Positions 1-11,538 of a DNA stretch of 64,000 bases are shown here, piece by piece. A program made the translations under genes and the position numbers. The stretch spans positions 186,001 to 250,000 of the forward strand of contig NW_026799993.1 in assembly GCF_032191835.1 (NCBI RefSeq), in the 5' to 3' direction. The stretch is from Heteronotia binoei. Its lineage: Eukaryota. Each line of letters starts with the position of its first letter. The stretch's first letter is position 1. Under the pieces are notes generated by a model. The model was not told where the DNA came from, did no database searches, and worked only from the letters and a program-made list of their open reading frames with translations.

Positions 1-83
1 TTTTTGCAGTCATGCAAACAAGAGCAGCAGCACAGTGAGGTGAGCTCACTCAGTAATGGAGAGCATTCTTCCATGGCTCTTAC

Positions 84-222
84 CTGTGGTTTGTTCCTTG
101 TTATAGTACACCTGGCAGATCCCGCCTTGTGTTTCCTGACCCCTCTGCTCCTTTGGTCTGGTGACCATCGTTCTGGGCCTCAAGACCAATGTCTGTCTCT
201 TCCTGTTACATGACTCTAACAT
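84..222 (-). CDS. Candidate first coding exon of an upstream minus-strand gene (MLESCNRKRQTLVLRPRTMVTRPKEQRGQETQGGICQVYYNKEQTT); RAB3IL1 suspected only from human synteny
   Basis: ATG at 222, open frame to a strong CAG|GTAAG donor at 83, phase 1. Confidence 0.35.
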
Positions 223-1819
223 CACATGATTTCCTGTCACATTATTGCAGCTCAGCGTCCCTTGGGTCTGGAGAGATTGAAACCATTGCCCTACCACATA
301 CTGGGAGAAGGGATCTGCAGCAAAATCTCATGCTTGTTCACCTAGAAGTAAATAAATCCCACTGAGTTCAGTCGGTCTTATTCCCAAATAACTGTGCATA
401 GAATCAAAGCCTGATAGTTAATCTTGGACATTTGTATATAAAAGTAAATCCAAAGGAGTTTAGAGGAATTTTCTACCCAATAAGTATACATAGGATAGGA
501 GCCATATCTGTTTCTTTGTGGTTTAAATCACAATAACTGCAAACCAGAGAGCCCTTTTATGTACATAGATGGCTGTATGTGAGTGCAAAAAGGCTCTTTC
601 TTTTCCAAGCTGTTTTCTTCCAAGAGTTTAAAATGCATTTAAGTATATTCTGCTGCGGAGGGAGGAAGACTTGCTTAGTTTATCGATCCATCCAACACAC
701 CTCTCTAGATTAGGGGCATTGCTTTTTGTCAACTATTTTCCCCTTGACATCCTCATAAACATTTGGAAAAGTGCCAGCCTACTTCCCCTTGAACTTTTTT
801 AGTCAGCAAAACATATCGAGTTTGTGCAATGTTTGCTTGTATGATTTGTCTCTTAAACCTTTTATTATCCTCATAGCTCTGCCTGCAATCCTTTCTGACT
901 TGTCAGCATTCTTCTTGAATTATGATTTCTGGAACCAAACCACACTCCCGATAAGGTCTTTCCACTAGTGAGTGTATCTTAGGAATTGCGCAATGACCAT
1001 TCAAGATACCATTGGCTGATTAGTCAAAGAAAAGGTATAAATGTGGAGTGTTAGTGTCACTTCACATGTTGGTAAATTCAGTATATGGAGAAAGATGTGA
1101 ATTCATCACCATACAGAAATCAGGCACATATACATTATAAGTTTGGTATTTTTCCAGTTTCCACAATCTTTCCATGTCAGATATCTGGAAAATTATGTTA
1201 ATCAGGGATATTGATGTGCACATGTATGCCTATCTCACATGTCAGTCTGAACACATGAATACACATGAAGATGCCTTATACTGAACCAGACCATCAGTCT
1301 ATCAGGGTCAGTTCCTCTAGAAAAAATGGCTGCTTTTGAGGGTGGACTCTATGGCATTATACTCTGCTGTGGCCTGTCTCCTCCCCAAATCTTGCCCTCC
1401 CCATCCTAAAGATCTCCAGGTATTTTCCAACCCAGTGCTGGCAACCCTACTCCTGCTGCTGTTGTATTGTTCAGGAGTCAGGTGAAGGTGATTTTGTTTT
1501 CTTTGGTACACTTTTCCCGAACTGTTTTTCCTGGTTATGGATGGTTTGTGGCCTTTATTATTGTTGTTGTTAGCTCTTAAACTATCTTAATTGTATAGTA
1601 CACCAGTTTTGTTTTATATAGTTTTTTTGTGTTTAGTAAGCATTTTTGGATACTAATAGTGGAAAGAAATGACAGAGAAAATTCGAAATAAATAGCTAAA
1701 TAAACTGGTTCAGCAGGAAAGACTGGAGTTTGGATAATGTACAGGGCGAAAGCTAGGGCTGAAGGCAGAAATCTTCACAAGGAGCTGTTTCAGGAGGTAA
1801 AAATGGTAATGGTATGGAA

Positions 1820-2088
1820 GCACCGGTTATTTCTGACTCTGGGGTGATGTCGCATCACGACGTTTTCATGGCAGACTTTTTACAGGGTGGTTTGCCTTTG
1901 CCTTCTGCAGTCATCTACACTTTCCCCCCAGCAAGCTGGGTACTCATTTTACCAACCTCAGAAGGATGGAAGGCTGAGTCAACCTTGAGCCGGCTACCTG
2001 AACCCAGCTTCTGCCAGGATCGAACTCAGGTCGTGAGCAGAGCTTGGACTGCAATATTGTAGCCTACCACTCTGCGCCATGAGGCTCT
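1820..2088 (-). mobile_element. Sauria-SINE-like element
   Basis: Diagnostic core GCTGGGTACTCATTTTACC...GGAAGGCTGAGTCAACCTTGAGCCGGCTACCTGAACC; other copies at 16025-16530, 31092-31190 and 63045-63270. Confidence 0.85.
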
Positions 2089-2328
2089 GTTTCAGAAGGA
2101 GTGGGATATAAATGTACAGAAATAAATATATAAATAAAGGTTAGGTGGTCAAGATTTGAAATACTCTGGACAACTGAGGCTGTATCAAAACTTAGGAAGC
2201 CTCCCCATATGAGCCTTGTAGGTCTTTAAGATCAGCAACTCAACATCTTCTAGCAGTCCCCAGCCCCAGAGACATCTACCTTGCCTCGACTAATGCCTGG
2301 GTTTTTTCGGCCCTGGCCCCTGCCTGGT

Positions 2329-2839
2329 TAGGGTTGTCAAGTCCAATCCAAGAAATATCTGGGGACTTTGGGGGTGGAACCAGGAGGGCAGCTAGGAGAC
2401 ATTGGGGGTGGAGCCAGGACCAAGGTTGTGACAAGCATAGCTGAACTCCAAAGGCAGTTCTGGCTGAACGTTTAAAGGGACCACACACACCTTTCCCTCC
2501 ATTGGAAATAATGAAGGATGGGGCATCTTCTTTGGGGGATCATAGAATTAGACCCCCTGGTCCAATCTTTTTGAAACTTGGAGGGTGTTTTGAGGAAAGA
2601 CACCAGATGCTATGGTGCAAATTTGGTGCCTCTACATCAAAACACACCCCCTACAGAGCCCCTGGTAACTGCAGATTACTTCTCCATCATATCCTATGGG
2701 AATCTGTATTCATAGGGAATCATGGAGTGCCCAGCAGACATTTTCCTCCCCCCCCACCCGCTTTCTAATGACCCTTAAGTGGGGGGAGGGCCTCCAAATC
2801 AGGGGATCCCCTGCCCCCACCTGGGGATTGGCAACCCTA
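2329..2839 (+). mobile_element. hAT-type MITE (~510 bp family, TIR TAGGGTTGCCA)
   Basis: TIRs TAGGGTTG/CAACCCTA and a perfect 8-bp TSD TGCCTGGT (2321-2328, 2840-2847). Confidence 0.92.
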
Positions 2840-2954
2840 TGCCTGGTGAAATGAACTTCCCTTGGAGCCTGCAAAACAGAACAGAAAGGCTACTTTGCTT
2901 TATGACAAATGGCATAACCTTTTTAATGTCACTAGAATTGGAACCCCTCAAATA

Positions 2955-3234
2955 ATTGGAACTCCTGGTCCAATCTTTTTGAAACTTGGAGGGTATTTTG
3001 AGGAGAGGCACTGGATGCTATGGTGCAAATTTGGTGCCTCTACCTCAAAACACAGCCCGCCCCCCCAGAGCCCCAGATACACGCAGATCAATTCTCCATT
3101 ATCCCCTATGGGAATCAGTCTCCATTGGGAATAATGGAGTGCCCAGCAGACATTTCCCTCCCCTGCTTTCTGATGACCCTGAAGCAGGGAGAGGGCCTCC
3201 AAAACGGGGGACTCCCTGCCCCCATCTGGGGATT
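2955..3234 (+). mobile_element. Partial copy of the same MITE, ending where a Penelope element is inserted
   Basis: High identity to 2555-2830; stops at ...CCCCATCTGGGGATT. Confidence 0.88.
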
Positions 3235-5345
3235 GAATACAAACCAAGGGAAGTCACTATAATGGATAACACAACAAAAAATACAAGCTAGTGACCAATT
3301 TACTAAGAAATATATAGAAACCAGTCCAATTGTCCAAAACATGCACATTCAAGTCCCAAATTAGTGTGGTGACAAGTCAATCGATTAAGTACTTGTTTCT
3401 TTCCAGTCTTCATCAGATCTGGGACAGCTAACAAAAGAAAATATTATACAAAAATATCAGAAGGGCATTCAGACACCACCAACCCTCTTCCAGTGAAAAA
3501 AATAGCATACTTACATATTGATTCAATTATATAGATTCTTTACATAATTTTTAAAAAAGGGGCACAGAGCATCTCCAACAGCAATTTCACCTCGGCTATA
3601 GCTCAGTATGTGGCTTCTTGTGCACCCTAATGGTGCAACTAACATGTTTAAAAAGGCAAACATCTCATTTACAGCTGCCATTACACAAACCTCTTAAAGG
3701 TAAAGTAACGTATTTCTAATGCAACATGCTAAAAGACACAAACACCACAAACTACATCCACAGCAGATACAACATTCAAAATATCCCATACAAAGAATGT
3801 CAAATCACATAATTTATACAAAAATGTGTTATCACACAGCCAAATTATGCACAGCACTCATAATATTATAAAGACCATTCATAAAAAACGTGTCAAATCA
3901 GTGGTCATATTCAGTCCATATGGAGAAATGCAATTCAACTGGTGTATCCAGTATGCCGCTTTTTGCAGCAGGATCTTGTGCACGTCTTCATTTTCTATCT
4001 GTTTGTTCATATTTGTATAAGGTGAGAAAACAAAAATCTTCACAGTCATGATTCTTTTGCATAAAATGACTGACCATAGGAGCTTCAATCACATGGTTCC
4101 TATGTCTGCTCCTGTGTTCCAGAATACGTACTCTAAGGGCTTGAGTAGTGCTGCCAACATACCTTAGGCCACACCCACAGATGATCAAATACACAACACA
4201 GCGGGTAGCACATGTAGAGTAATGATTTAGAACAAATGGTCTAGTCTTTTCAGCAAAATAATACTCTTTGACATTCATAGATAAATGACAAATTGCACTC
4301 CTTTTACAAGCAAAGTGCCCTTTAAGAGTATGCTTGACCGATTGGTATTCTCTAGATCTTACCAATTTATCCCTAATGGAATAAGTGCGACACAATCCTA
4401 TTTGTGGTGGCATTTCACAACCTCCAATATCACTTACAATGTGCCAATGCTTCCTTACCACATTATAAATTCTGCTAGACAGTCTACTAAATTCTAGTCC
4501 CCATTGTAATCTAGTATTTCTCATCCTGGGATTTTGTTTTAGTAACTGTGTTCTAACTAGATTGGCAGCGCTTTTTCTAGCCATCCTAACATCTTTTTCT
4601 GGATAGCCCCTACCAACAAAATGAGATGCCAACTTATCACTGTCCTCAAGATAATCAGTCATTAGGGTACTATTTCTTCTCAGCCTTATAAACTGGCCAT
4701 ATGGTATATTCTTTTTCAAAGCACGTGGATGAAATGATGAATACTATAAAAAAGCATTCCTATCTGTTGGCTTTCTGTAGGTTTTAGTTGCCAACTTATT
4801 CTCAGTAGTTTTGTACACAACTGTATCTAAAAAAGGTACATCATTAGTGCTTTCCTGGTAAGTAAATTCCACTTTGTCATGCATTGTGTTCATCCAGTTC
4901 ATGAGCTCTGACACATTTTGTGTGGCTTATCACAAAGAAGCAATTATCTATAAATCTGGTGTAAAAATTATCTCTTTCAAAAAAAGATTGCAATTTTCAT
5001 TGAAAAATTTTTCCATCTCAAGTTTGTTCATGAAGAGATTTGCTATGCTAGGGGCACAACTTGACTCCATAGCTACCCAGACACTTGCAAATAAAAAGAA
5101 TTTCTATACTTGAAATAATTCTTATCCAGAATTATGTCTAGCAGTTCCATAAGTAAATATGTAGGGGGCTCTTTCATTTCCTTCAACTCCAAAGTTTCTT
5201 CAACCACCAGCCTTGCATCTTCATGTGGTACAATTGTATAGAGTGATTTTACATCTGCTATGATCAAGACCGCCTCTTCTGGAACGAATAACCCTTCAAT
5301 GTTGTTAATAAACTGAGTTGTGTCTTTAGTGAAAGACTTCATTCT
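3235..5345 (-). mobile_element. Penelope-like retroelement (Neptune-type), 5'-truncated and degenerate: RT + GIY-YIG endonuclease + pLTR
   Basis: ORF 5073-5342 RT (IADVKSLYTIVPHE); ORF 3988-4719 thumb (KNIPYGQFIRLRRN), Cys-rich linker and GIY-YIG (VVYLIICGCGLRYVGST...RILEH). Confidence 0.9.
3353..3425 (-). ncRNA. Type I hammerhead ribozyme motif in Penelope pLTR (copy 1)
   Basis: CUGAUGA (3416-3410), GAAA (3399-3396), helix III ACAAGU/ACUUGU, GUC triplet (3373-3371), distal helix I GUCCC/GGGAC; one mismatch in proximal helix I. Confidence 0.7.
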
Positions 5346-6133
5346 AAGGACATATCAGCTGCACGCATATCTCTAAGGAGATATCAGCTGCACGCATGTA
5401 AGCCTACTGTCTCACAGCAGATCTTCCTGGGTATATTGTGGCACCATAGCTCCAAACTACCTTCAAGCAATAGCAGAAAAGAAGGGAAGTGAGTCATCAC
5501 AGAAAACAATCCTGTATCTATTAGTCCTCTGCAATAATTAACTCCTAGCTGTCAGTGTGGAGGATACTGGGAATGTGGAAAACTAAACTTTAGCAAAGAG
5601 AAGTATTATGTGTTGTAGGTATTAGCATTTCTGCAGTCCAAAAAAAATTAGCGACCATAAAGTCTACAATATAAAGTGGACACAATATGAAAATAATGGA
5701 ATCCAAGCAAATTTGGTGGGAAACCCATAGGACACACTGTATTCAATGTCCTATAGCACTCAGGAAAAGACTGCACAATAGTGCCCTGCTGGGGGGGGGC
5801 ATATTTTTAATGCTCCCCCGTGCAATGTCTACCCTACATAAAAGTTATTTGAATCATATGGACCCTACTTGCAAACATCTTGAAATCACCCACTTATGTT
5901 GGACTTAATAATGTACAATGGCACAAATAAATATGATGAAAATCACAGATTTCTGTCTTAAATGTCTGGATTTCAGGTAAACACCACAGCAACATAGAAG
6001 GAGAGGGGGAGCTTAACCCTTCAAGATCCACAGTGTTCATAGTAATCCAAATACTCCTTTCCCCACTCCACCCTACTAGAATTTTCAAGAGGAAAAGACA
6101 GGGTTCAAAGGGCTGATAGCAGAGGGCTGAAGG

Positions 6134-6311
6134 CAGGACCGGATTTACATGTTTTTGAGGGGGGGCAAAATTAAAAAATGATGCCCCCTTATAGGCCATT
6201 CTGTCTTATGGTCCCATAGAATACAATGGACTCCATACCCAATTTGGCCCCCCCTCCATTGGCGCCGAGGGCAAGCACCCCCCTCTGCCCCCCCCCCTAG
6301 ATCCGGCCCTG
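6134..6311. mobile_element. hAT-type MITE
   Basis: TIRs CAGGACCGGAT/ATCCGGCCCTG, 8-bp TSD GCTGAAGG. Confidence 0.88.
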
Positions 6312-7497
6312 GCTGAAGGGCTGGTTCTGGTTAGTGAACTGTGCAGGTTCAACATGATAAATCCCTTCTCCTTCCCCATATGACTCAGATCTGAATCAGG
6401 GGCTCGGTCTGCCAACTCTGGCTTGGGAAATTTCTCAGGATTTGGTGGTGGTACTGAGGAAGGTGGGGTTTGGGAAAAGTAGGGACCTCAGCAAGGTATA
6501 ATGCCCAGAGGTCATTCTTCGAAGCAGCCATTTTCTCCAAGAGAATGAATATCTAGTGATCAGCTACAATTCTGGGAGATTTCCAGGCTCCCCCCTGGAG
6601 GTTGGCAAACCTACGGCCCTATGCACTACTTGTATGAGGCAATTTAGGCAATTCCTCCCTCCCACTACAGACTCTCCTGTTGCAGCCCACACTGTCTCCA
6701 GTGTTCACTGACACACAGATACATGTCCGCATTTTGGGGACTACAACAAGATGCAGTAGGATGTTTGGGGAGAGGGGAATTTCTACTCATCAAATTTAGG
6801 ACCTGTGATCTGCCAATCCCATCCCAAGAACCTTTTCCCTGGCTTTTTTGGGTGGGGGTACCCTAATCTCTCTTTTGAGGTATCCATCCATACTAGTCCA
6901 TCCAAAATCACCCACAACAGCCATGCAACACTGATCTACCCAAACATAACTGTTTCTTTCATTCTCACAAAGATTTTAGTCAGTTTTCAATGTATTTTCA
7001 AACCTAAAAACTAGTGTAATAACCCAACAGGCAGAAGAGAAGTTGTATGCCGGAGGACACTGTTTAATCCATCCTAAACATGATGCTTCTCCTGAGCATC
7101 TCCCATCTGTTCCCTCCCAGGGGAGTGGGAGTTCAGCTGAGGGGAAAGCAATCTGGGGAGCATCACAGATTAGGGAAGGTTGAGCTCCCCTCCTCTGCTA
7201 GCGACGAATTTCCCCTTGTCCCCGGATCGGTGTAATAAGGCAAAAATAGGATTAGGAACCTGGGGCTCATCTCATCATGCACAGTTTAGCTTTTAGAGGC
7301 TGTGTAGGCGCACACGTACCCAAGCAAGGAGTGGAAATAGCTGATGGAAAACAGAATCTTGGCACCTTCCGAGTTGTTTTTTTTCTCATTTTCCAGATTT
7401 AAGCTCTGAAATATTACACACACGAGTCTGCAGCCTGTGTTTATAAAATGTGCTTACTCCAATTCCTCAGTAACACACCATGAACCATCCAACTTAC

Positions 7498-7594
7498 TTG
7501 CTGGAGAAGACAACCAGAGACCCTGCACTGAGCCAGGAAGTATTGCCTGACACACCAGCCACTGATCCGAAGCCAGACAAAGCTTGGCCTTCAT
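7498..7594 (-). CDS. Candidate alternative first coding exon (MKAKLCLASDQWLVCQAILPGSVQGLWLSSPA)
   Basis: ATG with A at -3, open to a GTAAGT donor at 7497, phase 1. Confidence 0.2.
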
Positions 7595-8011
7595 AATCTG
7601 CTATATATTTTTCCTCCTGCCACATTAGAGTCATCGCTGTCTCACAATGAAACTTCAGGCACAAAGAATGCAGCAATGTTGTGTCAGTCCTGGAACTGCA
7701 GAGACCCTGATTTGTGTCAGGAAATGAAAATTGTCTCCCCAGATTTAAAAAAAATTCACAGAGGACATGACTGCCAAAAGAGAGAGAGAGAACAAAAACA
7801 AAGATTTTAGGAAACACAAGCTCCTACCGCCCACATGTTCCCCTCATCCAGCTGTGTGGAATGTTTGCACAACTGGCTTGAATGTTTTTTACCGGGAATC
7901 CTCAAGGGATCCCTGAATCTAAAGATCTCCAGTTTCAAAGAAGGGATACAAGGGAAGGAATACAGCATTATATCATAGTCAGCATGAAATAATTTACTTT
8001 CACTACAAAAT

Positions 8012-10884
8012 CTCTCGGCTTGGCTTCGCGAACGAAGATTTAAGAAGGGTGCAATAGTCCACGTTTGCTGCAGGCTCGCTGGTGGCTGACAAGACCAATG
8101 TGGGACAGGCAGGTCCGGCCACAGCGGCTGCAGGGAAAAGTCTGATTTAGGGTTGGTCCTGTAGCAGTGCGATTCTTCCTCAATCTTCTTTTGTCCTCAA
8201 GACCAGCTATGCGCGTGTTCTCAAAGGAAGAGACAGCCTGGTGGATGGTGTGCCTCCATGCTTTGCGATCTGAGGCTAGGTCAGACCACTGGTGATGGTT
8301 GATGTGACAGGTGCTAAGGGATTTCTTCAGGGAGTCCTTGTACCTCTTCTTTGGTGCCCCTCTATTTCGATGGCCGGTGGAGAGTTCGCCATACAGGGCA
8401 ATCTTGGGAAGGCGGTGGTTTTCCATCCTAGAAATATGCCCTGCCCAGCGCAGCTGCGTCTTCAACAGCAGTGCCTCGATGCTGGTAACCTCTGCCCGCT
8501 TGAGGACTTCAGTGTTGGTCACAAAGTCACTCCAGTGGATGTTGAGGATGGTGCGAAGGCAGCGCTGATGAAAGCGCTCAAGGAGTCGCAGGTGATGACG
8601 GTATAAAACCCACGATTCGGAGCCATAGATGAGGGTTGTCATCACAACCGCTTTGTAAACATTGATCTTTGTGCCTTTTTTCAGATGCTTGTTGCTCCAC
8701 ACTCTTTTGTGCAGTCGGCCAAATGCACGGTTTGCCTTTGCCAGCCTGTTGTCAATCTCCTTGTCGATCTTGGCATCTGAGGAGATGATGCACCCCAGGT
8801 AGCTGAACTGCTGGACTGTCTTCAGAACTGATTCACCCACAGTGATGCAGGGAGGGTGATAATCTTCCTGGGGTGCAGGCTGGTGGAGAACTTCTGTCTT
8901 CTTCAGACTAACTTCTAGGCCGAATAGCTTGGCAGCCTCTGCAAAGCAGGACGTCATATGCTGCAGAGCTGATACCGAGTGGGAGACGAGTGCAGCATCA
9001 TCAGCAAACAGTAGCTCTCGGATGAGTTTTTCCATTGTCTTGGAGTGTGCCTTTAGTCGCCTCAGGTTGAACAGGCTGCCATCGGTGCGATAGCGGATGT
9101 AGACACCATCGTCCTCATCTAGATCTACTGCGGCTCTTTGAAGCATCATGCTAAAGAAAATCGTAAAGAGAGTTGGCGCGAGAACGCAGCCTTGCTTTAC
9201 ACCTGTGCCTATTGGGAAGGGCTCCGAGAGGTCGTTGCAGTGTCTGACTTGGCCTCGCTGGTCTTCGTGTAGCTGGATGATCATGCTGAGGAACCTTGGG
9301 GGACATCCTAAACGTTCCAAGATTTGCCACAGGCCTTTCCTGCTAACGGTATCGAAAGCTTTGGTAAGGTCGACAAAAGTCACATACAGACCCTTGTTCT
9401 GTTCCCTGCATTTCTCTTGGAGCTGCCTGAGAACAAATACCATGTCGGTGGTGCTCCTGTTAGCTCTGAAGCCGCACTGGCTCTCTGGGAGGAGTTCTTC
9501 TGCAATGGTGGGCACCAGTCTGTTCAGGAGTATTCTGGCAAGGATTTTGCCTGCGATGGAGAGCAGGGTTATCCCCCGGTAGTTGGAGCAGTCTGACTTT
9601 TCCCCTTTGTTCTTGTATAGGGTGATGATGATTGCATCACGAAAGTCCTGTGGTAATTTGCCTTGTTCCCAGCAGGTGACAAGTACTTTGTGAAGTGAGC
9701 TATGTAGTACTGTGCCCCCATGCTTCCAGATCTCTGGTGGAATTCCATCAACTCCTGCTGCCTTGCCACTTTTCAGTTGCTTGATGGCTTTAACAGTCTC
9801 TTCTAGGGTGGGGATCTCATCCAACTCTGTTTTCACCGGTTGAAGTGGGGTGAGGTGGATTGCTGAATCTTGAACTACGCGGTTGGCACTGAAGAGAACC
9901 TGAAAATACTCCGACCACCGGTTCAGTATGGATGCCTTGTCTGTGAGGAGCACTTGGCCGTCTGCACTATGCAAGGGACTCTGAGCCTGATATGATGGAC
10001 CATATACTGCCTTCAGGGCTTCGTAGAACCCTCTTAAATCACCAGTGTCTGCACACAGCTGGGTTCTCTCTGCAAGCTTGGTCCACCACTCGTTCTGAAT
10101 GTCTCGAAGCTTGCGCTGGAGGTTGCTACATGCAGCGCGAAAGGTTGCTTTTTTCCCAGGACAGGAGTGCTGAGCAAGATGTGCTTGGTAGGCAGATCTC
10201 TTTTTTGCCAGTAATTCTTGGATCTCTTGATTGTTCTCATCAAACCAGTCCTTGTTCTTCCTTGTGGAGAACCCGAGGACTTCTTCAGAGATCTGCAGGA
10301 CGGTAGTTTTTAGGTGTTCCCAGAGTGCTTCTGGAGAAGGGTCTGTGGGGCAACTGAGGTCCTCAATTCTTGACTGGAGTTTTGCCTGGAAGGCAGCTTT
10401 AACTTCGGCTGACTGGAGGCTGCCAACCTGAAACTTCCTCCGAGGGATACCTCCTCTCCTGGGTGTGGGTTTAAAGTGAAGACGGAGATTGCAGCGTACA
10501 AGACGATGATCCGTATGACATTCTGCGCTGGGCATTACTCGGGTGTGTAAGACATCTCGAAGGTCTCTCTGGCGCACCAGAATGTAGTCGATAAGGTGCC
10601 AATGCTTGGACCGTGGGTGCATCCAGGTTGTCTTCAGACTGTTCTTCTGCTGGAAGATAGTGTTGGTGATGGTGAGCTGGTGCTCCATGCAGAATTCTAG
10701 CAGGAGGCGCCCGTTGTCATTGCAGTTGCCAATGCCGTGTTTGCCAAGTACTCCTTTCCAGGCTTCCGAGTCTTTACCTACTCTGGCATTGAAGTCGCCA
10801 AGGATGATCACCTTGTCCTCTGTAGGGGTCTTCCGTACGAGGTTGCGTAGATCAGCAATCTGATCTGCAATCTGCTGCTGATCT
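8012..10884 (-). mobile_element. RTE-clade LINE, young, 5'-truncated, uninterrupted ORF (partial AP endonuclease + RT + C-terminal CxxC..H..C)
   Basis: ORF 8040-11291: [19 protein letters not shown] (APE); [37 protein letters not shown] (RT); about 940 codons with no stop; 10-bp TSD ACTACAAAAT (8002-8011, 10885-10894). Confidence 0.95.
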
Positions 10885-11032
10885 ACTACAAAATAAGTAC
10901 AGGGAAAAGGACTGACTAAAACTAGGGAGGGAAAAAAGAGCAACATACAAGGAGAGATTGGCCAGGGTTCAATCTGATCATGCAGGTCTGGTTGGGGAGA
11001 GAAGGGGAGAAATGGTGAGGTTGGGGCTAGAG

Positions 11033-11538
11033 TAGGGTTCCCAATCCCCAGGTGGGAGCAGCGGATCCCCTGGTTTGGATGCCCTCCCCCCACTTCAGGG
11101 TAATCAGAAACTGGGAGAGGGAAGGAAATGTCTGCTGAGCACTCCATTATTCCCAGTGGAGATTGATTCCCATAGGGGATAATGGAGAATTGATCTGTGT
11201 GTATCTGGGGCTCTGGGGGGGGGGCTGTTTTGAGATAGAGGCACCAAATTGCACCATAGCATCCAGTCCCTCTCTCCAAAATACCATCCAAGTTTCAAAA
11301 AGATTGGACAAGGGGTTCCAATTCTATGAGCCCCAAAAGAAAGTGCCCCTATCCTTCATTATTTCCAAGGTGTGTGGTCCCTTTAAATGTGATGACCGGA
11401 ACTCCTTTTGGAGTTCAATTATGTTTGTCACAACCTTGCTCCTGGCTCCACCCCCAATGTCTCCAGGCTCCACCCCAAGACTCCTGGCTCCACCCCCAAA
11501 GTCCCCAAATATTTGTTGAATTGGACCTGACAACCCTA
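11033..11538 (-). mobile_element. hAT-type MITE (TAGGGTTGCCA family)
   Basis: TIRs and perfect 8-bp TSD GGCTAGAG. Confidence 0.92.

Noticed and set aside
330-345. Minus-strand acceptor making 84-341 an internal exon
   Set aside because: All three frames hit a stop shortly after this acceptor, and it lies in a small repeat; a first-exon model fits better.
2502-3291. Recurring 80-100 aa ORFs (GTGCYG..., PIFLKLGG...) here and at 11163, 43454, 58090
   Set aside because: Translations of the same non-coding MITE; no transposase motifs.
9148-9582. Plus-strand ORFs overlapping the RTE (also 8292-8606, 9992-10306)
   Set aside because: Antisense shadows of the intact RT ORF.
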